Below are positions 37,521 to 46,256 of a stretch of DNA of 64,000 nucleotides, one piece after another. Made by a program: the position numbers and the translations under genes. The notes beneath the pieces are model-generated. The model saw nothing but the letters and a program-made list of their open reading frames with translations. It searched no databases and was not told where the DNA came from. Origin of the DNA: Candidatus Poribacteria bacterium (lineage in GTDB: Bacteria > Poribacteria > WGA-4E > WGA-3G); NCBI GenBank assembly GCA_022823085.1, contig JAJDXV010000070.1, positions 4,679-68,678 on the forward strand. Reading direction: 5' to 3'. Each line of letters opens with the position of its first letter. Within the stretch, counting starts at the first letter, position 1.

Positions 37521-37639
37521 AGGACTTACGCAATTTTGACGATAGCCAGTTTTTTTCGCGGATATTTCTCGGAAAACACAACGTTCTTGGGGCACAGACT
37601 AACAGTCTATGCTACAAAAGAGAAGCATGCGTAAGTCCT
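37521..37639 (+). repeat. 119-nt TIR-bounded intergenic element, copy C (most diverged)
   Basis: Identical termini, but the left half of the interior is replaced. The internal hairpin is kept with covarying bases (CACAGACT-aac-AGTCTATG). Confidence 0.8.
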
Positions 37640-37688
37640 ATATAATTCAATGCTTCTGTTAGGCAGTGGCTGCTTTTCTTTAAGCGGA

Positions 37689-38126
37689 TTACATGGAGGC
37701 CACAGTAATGCCGTGTCGTTTCAGGAGCGCGGTGGTTACGCCGTCACCAGATGTGAGTGTGCCTGAGAAGGTGCCGTCGTAGATGTCTCCACAGCCGCAA
37801 GATGGACTTCTCGCCTTGAGGATGACGTGCGTTGCTCCGTGTGATTGTGCGACTTTTAAGGCGTGGTGCGCGCCTTTCAAATATGCCTCCGTCACATCTG
37901 TGCCATCAACAGTCATGACTTTTGCTTTGCCGTCGAGGACATCATCACCGTCTCCACCGACGATCTCTGCTGGAGGTCGCGGTGTCGGTAATCCACCCGC
38001 CTCTTCCGGACAGACTGGAATCAGTTGGTCCGTCTCCTTTAGTTTTATGGCTGCTTCGTTTCGGCTGTCGCCCCCGTCATATCGGCAGCGAACTCCCAAC
38101 AGACAGGCACTCATCACTACTTTCAT
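37689..38126 (-). CDS. DUF523-family protein
   Basis: 145 aa. SACLLGVRCRYDGG...CPEEAGGLPTPRPPAEI...SPSCG. Confidence 0.75.
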   Translation of the reverse strand: MKVVMSACLLGVRCRYDGGDSRNEAAIKLKETDQLIPVCPEEAGGLPTPRPPAEIVGGDGDDVLDGKAKVMTVDGTDVTEAYLKGAHHALKVAQSHGATHVILKARSPSCGCGDIYDGTFSGTLTSGDGVTTALLKRHGITVASM

Positions 38127-38778
38127 CTTCGCGTAATTCCTCGAATTGCTTCATGATTAAATCCGTTTCGCCTGCTTTCAGCTGCAGATAGGTGTCCTCT
38201 AATTCCGCGAATATCACCTGTAACAGCGAACCGCGACAGATTTCGGTATCCTGATTTTCTGCGTGTGCGGATGCTATCTTAAGAGACGTTGCGATTTCGC
38301 GTAAATCTGGTGGCAAATCCGCTAAGGTGATATTGACATTCACACCGAAACCTAAGACGAAAAACGATTGTTGCTCTGTGTCGTAGGCGAGTTCTGTTAG
38401 CAGGCCTGCCACCTTCTTTTTTTTGATACGGACATCGTTAGGTGGTTTAATCCGTGCATCAAGTCCGTGTGTTGTCCGAATTGCGCTCGCAATCGCGATG
38501 GCACCGATAAGGTTCGGAATCGGAACTTGGTCTTGCAGCAACCGGTGTCTAAGCACAACTGACACGAGTAAGCATTTTCTGGGTGGTGCCTCCCATCTCC
38601 TCCCGTATCTTCCGCGCCCTGCGGTTTGATGTTCCGCGATGACGACTGTTCCCTCTGGTGCGCCTACTTTTCCACGTGCGATGGCAATATCATTGGTCGA
38701 AGCGACTTGTGTATGAGACTCGATTCGATGTCCGATAAATTCAGTCTGAAGCGTTGCGCTGAAACCCTTAATATCCAT
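38077..38778 (-). CDS. birA: Biotin--[acetyl-CoA-carboxylase] ligase (class I, no HTH), possibly C-terminally truncated
   Basis: 233 aa. GRGRYGRRWEAPP and KPPNDV..KKKKVAGLL. The 3' end overlaps the DUF523 gene by 50 nt. Confidence 0.75.
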   Translation of the reverse strand: MDIKGFSATLQTEFIGHRIESHTQVASTNDIAIARGKVGAPEGTVVIAEHQTAGRGRYGRRWEAPPRKCLLVSVVLRHRLLQDQVPIPNLIGAIAIASAIRTTHGLDARIKPPNDVRIKKKKVAGLLTELAYDTEQQSFFVLGFGVNVNITLADLPPDLREIATSLKIASAHAENQDTEICRGSLLQVIFAELEDTYLQLKAGETDLIMKQFEELREDESSDECLSVGSSLPI

Positions 38779-38783
38779 AGGTG

Positions 38784-41771
38784 CTACTGGCGCAAATGTT
38801 CTTCTGCCTCAATTTTCCACTGTTCTGGTGGGTCTAAGTCGAGGAAACGTTTCCATTGTGTTTGCGCCTGCTCGTATTTTTCCGTATACTCGTACATCAA
38901 GGCGAGGTTATAGTTTGCTGTCAGGTTCCTCGGTTCGAGTTGTATGACGCGTTCAAATTGTTCCGCTGCGGCACCGAGCAGGTCCATGCTGAAGAGGTTG
39001 TTCCCGTAAGTGAGCAGTGTCGGTACATGTGTGTCATCTAAATCGAGTGCTTTCTCTAACGTCTCTTTTGCTTTATTGTAATCTAAGGCGTGAGCGTAGT
39101 AGAGATCGCCGAGGCGTTGATACGTCTGGATGGCGATGCTGTCCTCTTTTTCTGGGGGTTGTTGGATAAGTGCTTCTTCAGCTTCGTAGTGTCGGATCGC
39201 CTCTTTCCATGCCTGTTCCCATTCTGCGATTTTTCCGAGGTGCAACTGGATTCCTCTATATTTCGGTGCATAAGAGAGCATACGTTTAAATGTCTCTTTT
39301 GCGGGGCGGTGTCGGTCAATTTCGAGGTAGATAACACCGATGTTGTAGTTTGCGAGAAGGTTTCTGGGTTGCATTTCAGCCACCTGTTTGAAATCCTCTA
39401 AAATTTGGCTATAACGATAAAGATTTTTGCCAATTTGCCGATAGCGCAGTGTGAGCGTTCCTCGGTAGAAATAGGCATCTACATAGTCTGGATTTAAGGA
39501 GATGGTTCTGGTATATTCGGTGACAGCCATCTCAGCGTGTTTATGATAGTCCTCTCCGAGGGTTTCGGCATGCTGATCGAGGAGTCGTGCGTAATTGTAG
39601 TGCCAGTCGAAGTTATCAGGGTTGTAGTGGTTCGCCAGTCCGTAGTATCGGATTGCGTTCTCTCGCTCGTCCGTTTTGTTTTCTACGTCGTCTTGCGCGC
39701 TGCGTTTTTCAAAGATAACCGCGAGAAGATGGTGGAGTTCTGGGTGTTCAGGTTCAATCTCTAGTGCGGGTTGATAAACACGAATGATGTTATCTTCATC
39801 GTTACGTTGGCGATAGATTGCGCCGAGTCGGAAGAAGGGTTCTACTTCTGTCGCTTTGATCCCGGGCAGAGGGGTTTGTAGGCTCCGTCCTGTATCGCTT
39901 TCAATTAAGGTCGTATCGAGTGCAATCGTTTTTTCATAATGTTCAATGGCGTTGTCTATTTCGCCGTTTTGTTCAAACAGGATTGCGGCGTGATAGTGTG
40001 CTGCGACATCATCAGGGCGCAAACGGACAGTTTCAAGAAAGGCGGAGAGTGCGTTGTCCGGCTGCTTTAGCGAAAGATAGGAGAGTGCCATTAGGTAATG
40101 TGCTTCGGTGGTTTCCGGCGCGATTTCAATAATTCGTTGTAAGGTGTTGACTGCCTGTTGATGTTCGTCTTGTGCTCGATAGAGATAGACCATTTTGAAA
40201 AGCACATCGGGACGTTGTGGGTCTAATGTCAAGGTGCGTTCATAAAAGCGGATTGCGCTGTCGGCATCGCCGGTTGCTTCGTAGCTTTGTCCGAGGAGAT
40301 AGTTGGCACTCACATCTTCAGGAAACAGCAGCAGGTGAATATTTAGAGGCTCAATGGCGTTTTGATAGTTCGCGTTGTCAAAAGCGTGTTGCCCCTGCGT
40401 GATGAATCTATCTGTCATCTCTGGGTTCAACTCGAAGGCACGTCTGAAGTAGCGGACGGCTGTGTCTATATCTCCCTGCTGGTGATGAAGTTCACCGAGT
40501 TTGAGGTAAACGTCGTTGAAATTCCCGAGTGGGAGTTCAGTCTGTAAGTGCCTTGGGTCGGCTTCGATGATTTCGAGTGTCTTTTCGTAGTGTTTGATGG
40601 CTGCTTCAAGGTTGCCCGCGTCGGTTTCAATGGCACCTGCATAAAAGTAGGTGCGTGGGTCGTCGGGAAGGACGAACATCGCTTTCTCTAAAATTGGCAT
40701 CGCTTGATCGGGTGTCATCAGTCCAGCGAAGTAGGGTTCCAAGGGTTCGTAAAAGGTATCCTTGATGCTTGGCATAAGCGATAGTGCTTGTTGGTAGTGG
40801 TGTAGAGCGGTTTCGGTATCGCCGCTGGCGTAGCGGCTTTCAGCAAGTGCGAAATGCGATTGGACGTGCGTCGGTTGGATTTCAATTGCGCGTTGGTAGA
40901 GTTGAACAGCACCATCGGTATCGCCTTTTTCGTCAAAGATCACTGCGAGGTCATAAACATCTTGTGCGGCGTAGTTTTGGTATTGCGATGCTTTGGCGTA
41001 TTCTGTGAGTGCGTCATCGAAGAAGCCTTCTGTGGCGAGCACTTGTCCGAGTTTAATATAGGCGGGTGCGAACTTTTTCTTTTGATGCGTAAGATTTTCA
41101 AATGCTTCGCGCGCACGGTCGGTCTCACCTTGTGCGAGATAGACGAGCCCGATGCCGTATTGTGGGTATTCCCATTTCCGATTTAGTTTTCGAGAAGTCT
41201 CAAAGGCTTGGAGTGCTTCTATGTAATTCTGCTGTTTGAGGTGAATTTCGCCCATGCGGTAGTAGACTGGGTAATAATTTGGGTTCAAACGGATACAGGT
41301 CTCAAATTCGGCAAGTGCTGATGCGTCTTCGCCTTTTTGTTGGTAGATGCCGCCGAGGTTGAAACGTGCCCAAAACATGTCTGGTTCCATCTCAAGTGCG
41401 TGTTGGAGATAGGAGATTGCAGTATCAAAGGGAGCTTCGGTATTCGTAGCCTCAAGTGCGTGTAGGTAGCCTAAACCGTAATAGAAAGCGGACTGCATAT
41501 TTGGAGCAGATAACTGCTCGGCTTGTGCGTTCTCTTTTGCTGTTTCATAAAGCGTCAAGAGTGTAGAAAGTTGTCCCTGTTCCTGCCATTTGGTGATGAG
41601 TTCGCGGTGTTTCTCGGCGGGTCTTTTCTTTTCTTGCAGGACTTTTGCGAAGTCTTTTCTCATGTTCGCTTCCCATTTTTCTTCAGCCGTAGAAACCTGT
41701 GAAAAAGATATATTGAACATTAAGTTCATAATTAGTACTACAAATATGGGATTTAGCGTCGCTTTTTTCAT
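38784..41771 (-). CDS. Giant TPR-repeat protein with N-terminal signal/anchor
   Basis: 995 aa. More than 20 recognisable A-x-x-Y/F-x-x-A-L-x-x-x-P TPR units. Confidence 0.8.
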   Translation of the reverse strand: MKKATLNPIFVVLIMNLMFNISFSQVSTAEEKWEANMRKDFAKVLQEKKRPAEKHRELITKWQEQGQLSTLLTLYETAKENAQAEQLSAPNMQSAFYYGLGYLHALEATNTEAPFDTAISYLQHALEMEPDMFWARFNLGGIYQQKGEDASALAEFETCIRLNPNYYPVYYRMGEIHLKQQNYIEALQAFETSRKLNRKWEYPQYGIGLVYLAQGETDRAREAFENLTHQKKKFAPAYIKLGQVLATEGFFDDALTEYAKASQYQNYAAQDVYDLAVIFDEKGDTDGAVQLYQRAIEIQPTHVQSHFALAESRYASGDTETALHHYQQALSLMPSIKDTFYEPLEPYFAGLMTPDQAMPILEKAMFVLPDDPRTYFYAGAIETDAGNLEAAIKHYEKTLEIIEADPRHLQTELPLGNFNDVYLKLGELHHQQGDIDTAVRYFRRAFELNPEMTDRFITQGQHAFDNANYQNAIEPLNIHLLLFPEDVSANYLLGQSYEATGDADSAIRFYERTLTLDPQRPDVLFKMVYLYRAQDEHQQAVNTLQRIIEIAPETTEAHYLMALSYLSLKQPDNALSAFLETVRLRPDDVAAHYHAAILFEQNGEIDNAIEHYEKTIALDTTLIESDTGRSLQTPLPGIKATEVEPFFRLGAIYRQRNDEDNIIRVYQPALEIEPEHPELHHLLAVIFEKRSAQDDVENKTDERENAIRYYGLANHYNPDNFDWHYNYARLLDQHAETLGEDYHKHAEMAVTEYTRTISLNPDYVDAYFYRGTLTLRYRQIGKNLYRYSQILEDFKQVAEMQPRNLLANYNIGVIYLEIDRHRPAKETFKRMLSYAPKYRGIQLHLGKIAEWEQAWKEAIRHYEAEEALIQQPPEKEDSIAIQTYQRLGDLYYAHALDYNKAKETLEKALDLDDTHVPTLLTYGNNLFSMDLLGAAAEQFERVIQLEPRNLTANYNLALMYEYTEKYEQAQTQWKRFLDLDPPEQWKIEAEEHLRQ

Positions 41772-41817
41772 TTTATTTTTCCTTTGATGGATTGCCCAAT
41801 GTAATTTTTTGTTGTTT

Positions 41818-41895
41818 AGGATTTATGCTGCGTATATGTTCGGACGAGGAGACCTCGTCCCTACGTTGAAGGTTTGTTGGAAATGTGTAAGTCCT
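41818..41895 (+). repeat. 78-bp element with degenerate AGGATTTATGC / GTGTAAGTCCT termini
   Basis: Interior holds the REP-like unit GGACGAGG-aga-CCTCGTCC followed by CTAC (41842-41864). Confidence 0.5.
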
Positions 41896-41903
41896 ACTGT
41901 TTT

Positions 41904-42851
41904 TTATTTTTTTGATTTTAGTAGGCGTTCAATCTTCGTGCGTGTTGGCATGGACGGCGTTGCGCCGATAACCGTGACGGCTGCTGCGCCTGCGGCGTTT
42001 GCGAATTCGACTGCTGATTGTAGATTCTCGCCGCTTGCCAAGGCGGTTGCGAGTGCGCCACAGAAGGCGTCGCCTGCACCGGTTGTATCTACGGGTTGGA
42101 CAGGCAGCGCGGGTACAAGTTTTGATGTCGTCTCTGTCAACATCAAGGAACCTTGTGCGCCGAGCGTTAGCACGATAGCACTGTTTTCGGTGTCTACCAT
42201 GCGTCCACGTAGCGTCTCCGCCGCGCGACGTGCTGCGTCGTGGCTGTTAATCTGCATCCCTGACAACAATGCCGTTTCGGACTGATTTGGGGTGAGAATA
42301 TCGACATACCGCAAAAGACTGTCCGGTAGCGGTTGCGCAGGTGCGGGATTTAGGACCACTCTGGTTCCGTGTTGTTTGGCAATTGCTGCGGCGTGTTCAG
42401 ATGCCACCATCGGTGTTTCTAATTGTAGAAGGAGTGCATCTGCGTCTGCGATGCAGTCAGCGGCAGCGTCTATATCAGCTGTTGTGAGTGCCATGTTTGC
42501 GCGCGGTACAACGATAATACTGTTATCGCCGTCCGGTTCGACAACAATCGTCGCTATACCGGTGCCGATGTCTGTCCGTCTTGTGATGAACTTGCTGTTG
42601 ATGTTTTCCTTTTTTAGTGCAGTAAGTAAGAGGTCTCCGAAAGGTCCCGAACCGACGCTTCCGACGAGTGCGACTTCTGCGCCTAACCGTGCTGCTGCGG
42701 TTGCCTGATTAAAACCTTTTCCGCCCGTGAAGATGTCAAAGGCATCACCGATGATCGTTTCGCCTTTGTCTGGTCTCCGAATTGCGTGGCAGACGAGATC
42801 AATATTCAGACTGCCGACGACGGTAACTTTCGGTGTTGCACGGTTCATCAC
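41904..42851 (-). CDS. rbsK: Ribokinase (PfkB family)
   Basis: 315 aa. GGKGFNQA and DTTGAGDAF. Confidence 0.8.
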   Translation of the reverse strand: MMNRATPKVTVVGSLNIDLVCHAIRRPDKGETIIGDAFDIFTGGKGFNQATAAARLGAEVALVGSVGSGPFGDLLLTALKKENINSKFITRRTDIGTGIATIVVEPDGDNSIIVVPRANMALTTADIDAAADCIADADALLLQLETPMVASEHAAAIAKQHGTRVVLNPAPAQPLPDSLLRYVDILTPNQSETALLSGMQINSHDAARRAAETLRGRMVDTENSAIVLTLGAQGSLMLTETTSKLVPALPVQPVDTTGAGDAFCGALATALASGENLQSAVEFANAAGAAAVTVIGATPSMPTRTKIERLLKSKK

Positions 42852-42952
42852 AACTTGCTCCTGCCTTTTTGCGGTGTAAACGCTCAGATGCGACCTGCAT
42901 CGGCGTAGCTTGCAAGCTAAAACTTGCTATTATTAAAGAACGATTTTTGACA

Positions 42953-42982
42953 ATTATAGTTGACATGAAGTACCGTTGTCAA
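42953..42982 (-). promoter_or_regulatory. Near-consensus sigma70 promoter for rbsK
   Basis: The minus strand reads TTGACA (42982-42977), 18 nt, TATAAT (42958-42953). The 14-bp palindrome TAGCTTGCAAGCTA (42906-42919) lies in the predicted 5' UTR. Confidence 0.55.
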
Positions 42983-43141
42983 GGGTTATCGGAAACCGTT
43001 GGAATCTGAACTGTGATTTCTGTGATTGATATGATTTTTGATGATAAGGTGTTTGTGCTGATGTTTATTGAAATTGTCGTGTATGGTCTATTTCTGGGAA
43101 GAAGGGTGCGGGGTCCTAACTAACCAAGCGCAAAATTTGTG

Positions 43142-44191
43142 TTAATCCCAATGCGCTATTGGTTGTTTTGAGTGTACGACGTGCATCCCCGCCTCCGAAG
43201 CCTTGGCAAAAGCAGCGTTAGCCGGTTCTGTGTAGTCCACCACTCCGGGGACGACAACCGGGGAGGTCAGGTCGTCCACCAGATAGATTTTCTTGGCGAA
43301 TTCGGTATCGGTCTGCTGAATTTCTGTGAGTAGGTCGCTGACAGTCCATGCGACGCAGTGGCTCTTCGCCTGTCCGGCGATAATCACACGATCGTATCCG
43401 AGCAGCGTTTGAAGAAAAGTGTTATTTTTTTCAGCAATCGGTTTCCCATCGGCATCGTTGAGGACTTCCGGACGTAAGACTGAATAGTTTTCAGTTAGCG
43501 GGTTCTGTCCTTTGATCTCATAGTGTGTCTGGGTTTTACGGGTGATCGTGTGGAAAAAGCAGGCTTCATCGACGGCAGAGACAACGGCATGTCCGATCCC
43601 CCCGAGCATTGCGTGGTAGGGCCAGATCGCCAAGGGATATTTTCCGTCCGCAGTCAAGGTCTTAACGTAGTGTTCGCTGTATGCCTTGAGCCATGTGTAT
43701 GGATCGGATTCTGAAACCTGACTTGATAGATTTAGGCTACTGACAATAGCAGGGTTGACGCGCCATTTCCCTGATTCAATATCTCCTTGTGTCATCAAGG
43801 TCTGTAGCGGTAAAGGGTGTTCACCGGCATCGTTGATCCAGAAGATTTCGTGGAATATTTGCATCGCCGTATGCGTATCCATTGTACAAGCGATTTTGGT
43901 GATCTGCGAAAGGTTGCGATAAATGAACTGACAGAGACGCACGTTGTCTTCAACTGCCCCGTTTCCCGACCTTCCAGCGACGAACAGTTCATACCCCGGA
44001 ATACAGAACGTATTCTGGACATCGACAAGGAGCAGACAGGTCCGAAAATTGTCTTCGGATGCCGGCGGTATTGAATGTTGTGCTGCCCATGCGAGTGCTT
44101 CACTTTGACGTTCTTGGTACGGGATTCGCCAGACTTGGTCTACCTGGGTGGCATCAAAATGTTGGGGGAGTGGAAGTTGTGGTGTAGACAT
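43142..44191 (-). CDS. Isochorismatase-family cysteine hydrolase (nicotinamidase-like, long form)
   Basis: 349 aa. LLLVDVQNTF (Asp) and GQAKSHCVAWT (catalytic Cys context). Confidence 0.65.
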   Translation of the reverse strand: MSTPQLPLPQHFDATQVDQVWRIPYQERQSEALAWAAQHSIPPASEDNFRTCLLLVDVQNTFCIPGYELFVAGRSGNGAVEDNVRLCQFIYRNLSQITKIACTMDTHTAMQIFHEIFWINDAGEHPLPLQTLMTQGDIESGKWRVNPAIVSSLNLSSQVSESDPYTWLKAYSEHYVKTLTADGKYPLAIWPYHAMLGGIGHAVVSAVDEACFFHTITRKTQTHYEIKGQNPLTENYSVLRPEVLNDADGKPIAEKNNTFLQTLLGYDRVIIAGQAKSHCVAWTVSDLLTEIQQTDTEFAKKIYLVDDLTSPVVVPGVVDYTEPANAAFAKASEAGMHVVHSKQPIAHWD

Positions 44192-44361
44192 CGTATCGCT
44201 CCTATTTAGGTTGTAGCCTATTTTTCGTCAAGTTTATATCATATTTCAGTTTTTATCAAGAAAAAATAATTGGAATCTGTTCCGGATATATGATAGAATA
44301 GTTTAATATTGATCGGTTCGTATTATTTAGCACCGAAAATTCTGTAGAGGCAACATATCAG

Positions 44362-44946
44362 ATGAACAAACTTTTTAAGCCGCAACCGGATTTGGAAGAG
44401 AGACTTGATCAAGTCAACGAGCGGATACGACGGACTCAGCGGACGCTCGATTGGCGAGCTCGGGAAGCGCGTAGTGCGCTCACTGTTTCAGAAAATCATA
44501 ATATCTCTGAATTGCAAGGCGAGGTGCTGGTACTTTCACGTAGCGGGGAGCTACAAGACAAGGTGCGGGATCTCGTCCGTTCGGAAGGCTATGGATGTGA
44601 TGCGACAGGCGGTAGGAGCACCGCGATCGGTATGCTGAAAATGAAGAAATACCGTCTGGTAATTACCGACTACACCAGCCGGCGACGCGGACGGTTCTAT
44701 GCATATATCAGGCGGTATCAGCCACACGTGAAAATTATCTCAGTTGTCCGCAACAACGATGAGGGACGACAGGTCATGAGAGCGGGCTGCTACAGTTACC
44801 TGTTAGGTCGTGGTTTTGACCCAGAGCAGCTGCGCACGTGTCTTGTCAGCGGACTAAAGTTGCAGAATGATGTCTGTTGGTTGTTGGCAAATGGTGAACG
44901 CTGCAATCGATCCTGTGTAGATAACTTTGAACCTGAAGGTCAATAA
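44362..44946 (+). CDS. Receiver-like (pseudo-REC) domain protein with coiled-coil N-terminus
   Basis: 194 aa. VLVLSRSGE...LVITDY...KIISVV...YLLGRGFDPEQL follows the CheY-fold spacing but lacks the acidic pair and the conserved Lys. TTGGAA-18-TAGAAT at 44270-44299. Confidence 0.5.
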   Translation: MNKLFKPQPDLEERLDQVNERIRRTQRTLDWRAREARSALTVSENHNISELQGEVLVLSRSGELQDKVRDLVRSEGYGCDATGGRSTAIGMLKMKKYRLVITDYTSRRRGRFYAYIRRYQPHVKIISVVRNNDEGRQVMRAGCYSYLLGRGFDPEQLRTCLVSGLKLQNDVCWLLANGERCNRSCVDNFEPEGQ

Positions 44947-45146
44947 CCCCCTGCTAAAGCATGGGGGCTTGTGCGAAGCGTATACCAAACGTTCACTCCA
45001 CAAGTTAAACTATTTTCTACAGTAAAATATCGCAGTATCTTGGTATGGTAGCCAGACCTATATTTCGGATGCTCCCCAAGTCTGATTTCTCTTGGATATT
45101 GCGATCTGGAAGGGGCAATACAAACTCCATTGGAGACTTACAAACT
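44947..45146 (+). ncRNA. Candidate omegaRNA of the IsrB-type nuclease (boundaries approximate; may extend 5' into the upstream gene and 3' into the ORF)
   Basis: Position immediately 5' of the isrB-like ORF. Several nested hairpins (44947-44967; 44982-88 with 45040-46; 45011-29; 45076-95; 45125-35). No plausible coding content. Confidence 0.45.
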
Positions 45147-46175
45147 ATGTTTGTTCCTGTTGTTGATAAAAACCAAAATCCACTTATGCCTACGAAACCT
45201 TCACGGGCAAGGAAATGGATTAGAGATAAGAAGGCGACACCTTTTTGGAAAAATGGTGTATTTTGTGTCCGTCTTAATGTTGACCCGTCTGATAGATATT
45301 TTCAAGATATTGCTGTTGGTGTTGACCCCGGCAGTAAGAAAGAGGGCTTTACTGTGAAGTCCGAGTCTCACACCTATCTTAATGTGCAAGCAGATGCTCA
45401 TAGCAAAGTCGGTAAGAAAGTAGAAAAGCGTCGTGAGTTGAGGAGAGGGCGTCGGTCTCGAAAGTGTCCTAACCGAAAGAACCGCATGAATAGACTTGCG
45501 AATAAGGTTCGTATTCCGGCAGGCACGCGTGCGAGATGGGACTGGAAACTACGGATACTTGACTGGCTCTCTAAACTCTATCCGATTACCCATATCTGTG
45601 TTGAGGACATCAAAGCCCGGACGATAGAACGCGCTAAGAAATGGAACACCTCATTTAGTCCGCTTGAAGTCGGTAAACAGTGGTTCTACGCTGAAATCAA
45701 AAAACGTTGGCAGCTGCGAACCCTCCAAGGGTGGGAAACCAAAGAGATACGCGATCGGTTAGGCCTGAAAAAGTCGTCAAAGAAACTATCAGAAACCTTT
45801 GATGCCCACTGCGTTGATAGTTGGTGTCTCGCATATCATACTGTTGGCGGTTCAGATATACCGGATAACACGGATATATTCTGTATATCGCCTATACCGA
45901 TACAGCGAAGGGCGTTACATAGAGAGCAACCGAAAAAGGGTGGGATACGTTCAAGATATGGTGGAACGGTGTTGGCGAACGGACTCGTCAAGAACACGCT
46001 CGTCAAGCACGCGAAGTATGGGCTTACCCGTCTATCAGGTATCAATGCGAAAGGCTTATTTGCTCTCTACAACCTTGACGGGAAACGATTAACAACTGGC
46101 ACGAAGCGAAACAGTTTTAGAGTTCTAACACGGCTCAATTTCAACTATAGGAGCGGTGTTTCCTCTCCCCGCTGA
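45147..46175 (+). CDS. isrB: IsrB-type OMEGA nuclease (IscB homologue lacking the HNH insertion)
   Basis: 342 aa from the internal ATG of ORF 45045..46175. PLMP motif NQNPLMPTKPSRARKWI, RuvC-I VGVDPGSKKEG, RRxRR stretch RRELRRGRRSRK, RuvC-II ICVEDIKA, RuvC-III FDAHCVDSW. About 65 aa between RuvC-II and III with no HNH. Basic C-terminal domain. Confidence 0.75.
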   Translation: MFVPVVDKNQNPLMPTKPSRARKWIRDKKATPFWKNGVFCVRLNVDPSDRYFQDIAVGVDPGSKKEGFTVKSESHTYLNVQADAHSKVGKKVEKRRELRRGRRSRKCPNRKNRMNRLANKVRIPAGTRARWDWKLRILDWLSKLYPITHICVEDIKARTIERAKKWNTSFSPLEVGKQWFYAEIKKRWQLRTLQGWETKEIRDRLGLKKSSKKLSETFDAHCVDSWCLAYHTVGGSDIPDNTDIFCISPIPIQRRALHREQPKKGGIRSRYGGTVLANGLVKNTLVKHAKYGLTRLSGINAKGLFALYNLDGKRLTTGTKRNSFRVLTRLNFNYRSGVSSPR

Positions 46176-46256
46176 AGCGTGGGAGTCTCCACACCGAAGA
46201 TTTTGATGAATATAGGATCATTGAGTGAGTCTTCCATAGACGACAATATTAAAAAT

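Noticed and set aside
45045-45146. 34-codon N-terminal extension of the IsrB-like ORF
   Set aside because: IscB-family proteins start within a few residues of the PLMP motif. The extension has no RBS and overlaps the hairpin-rich region best explained as the 3' part of the guide RNA scaffold.
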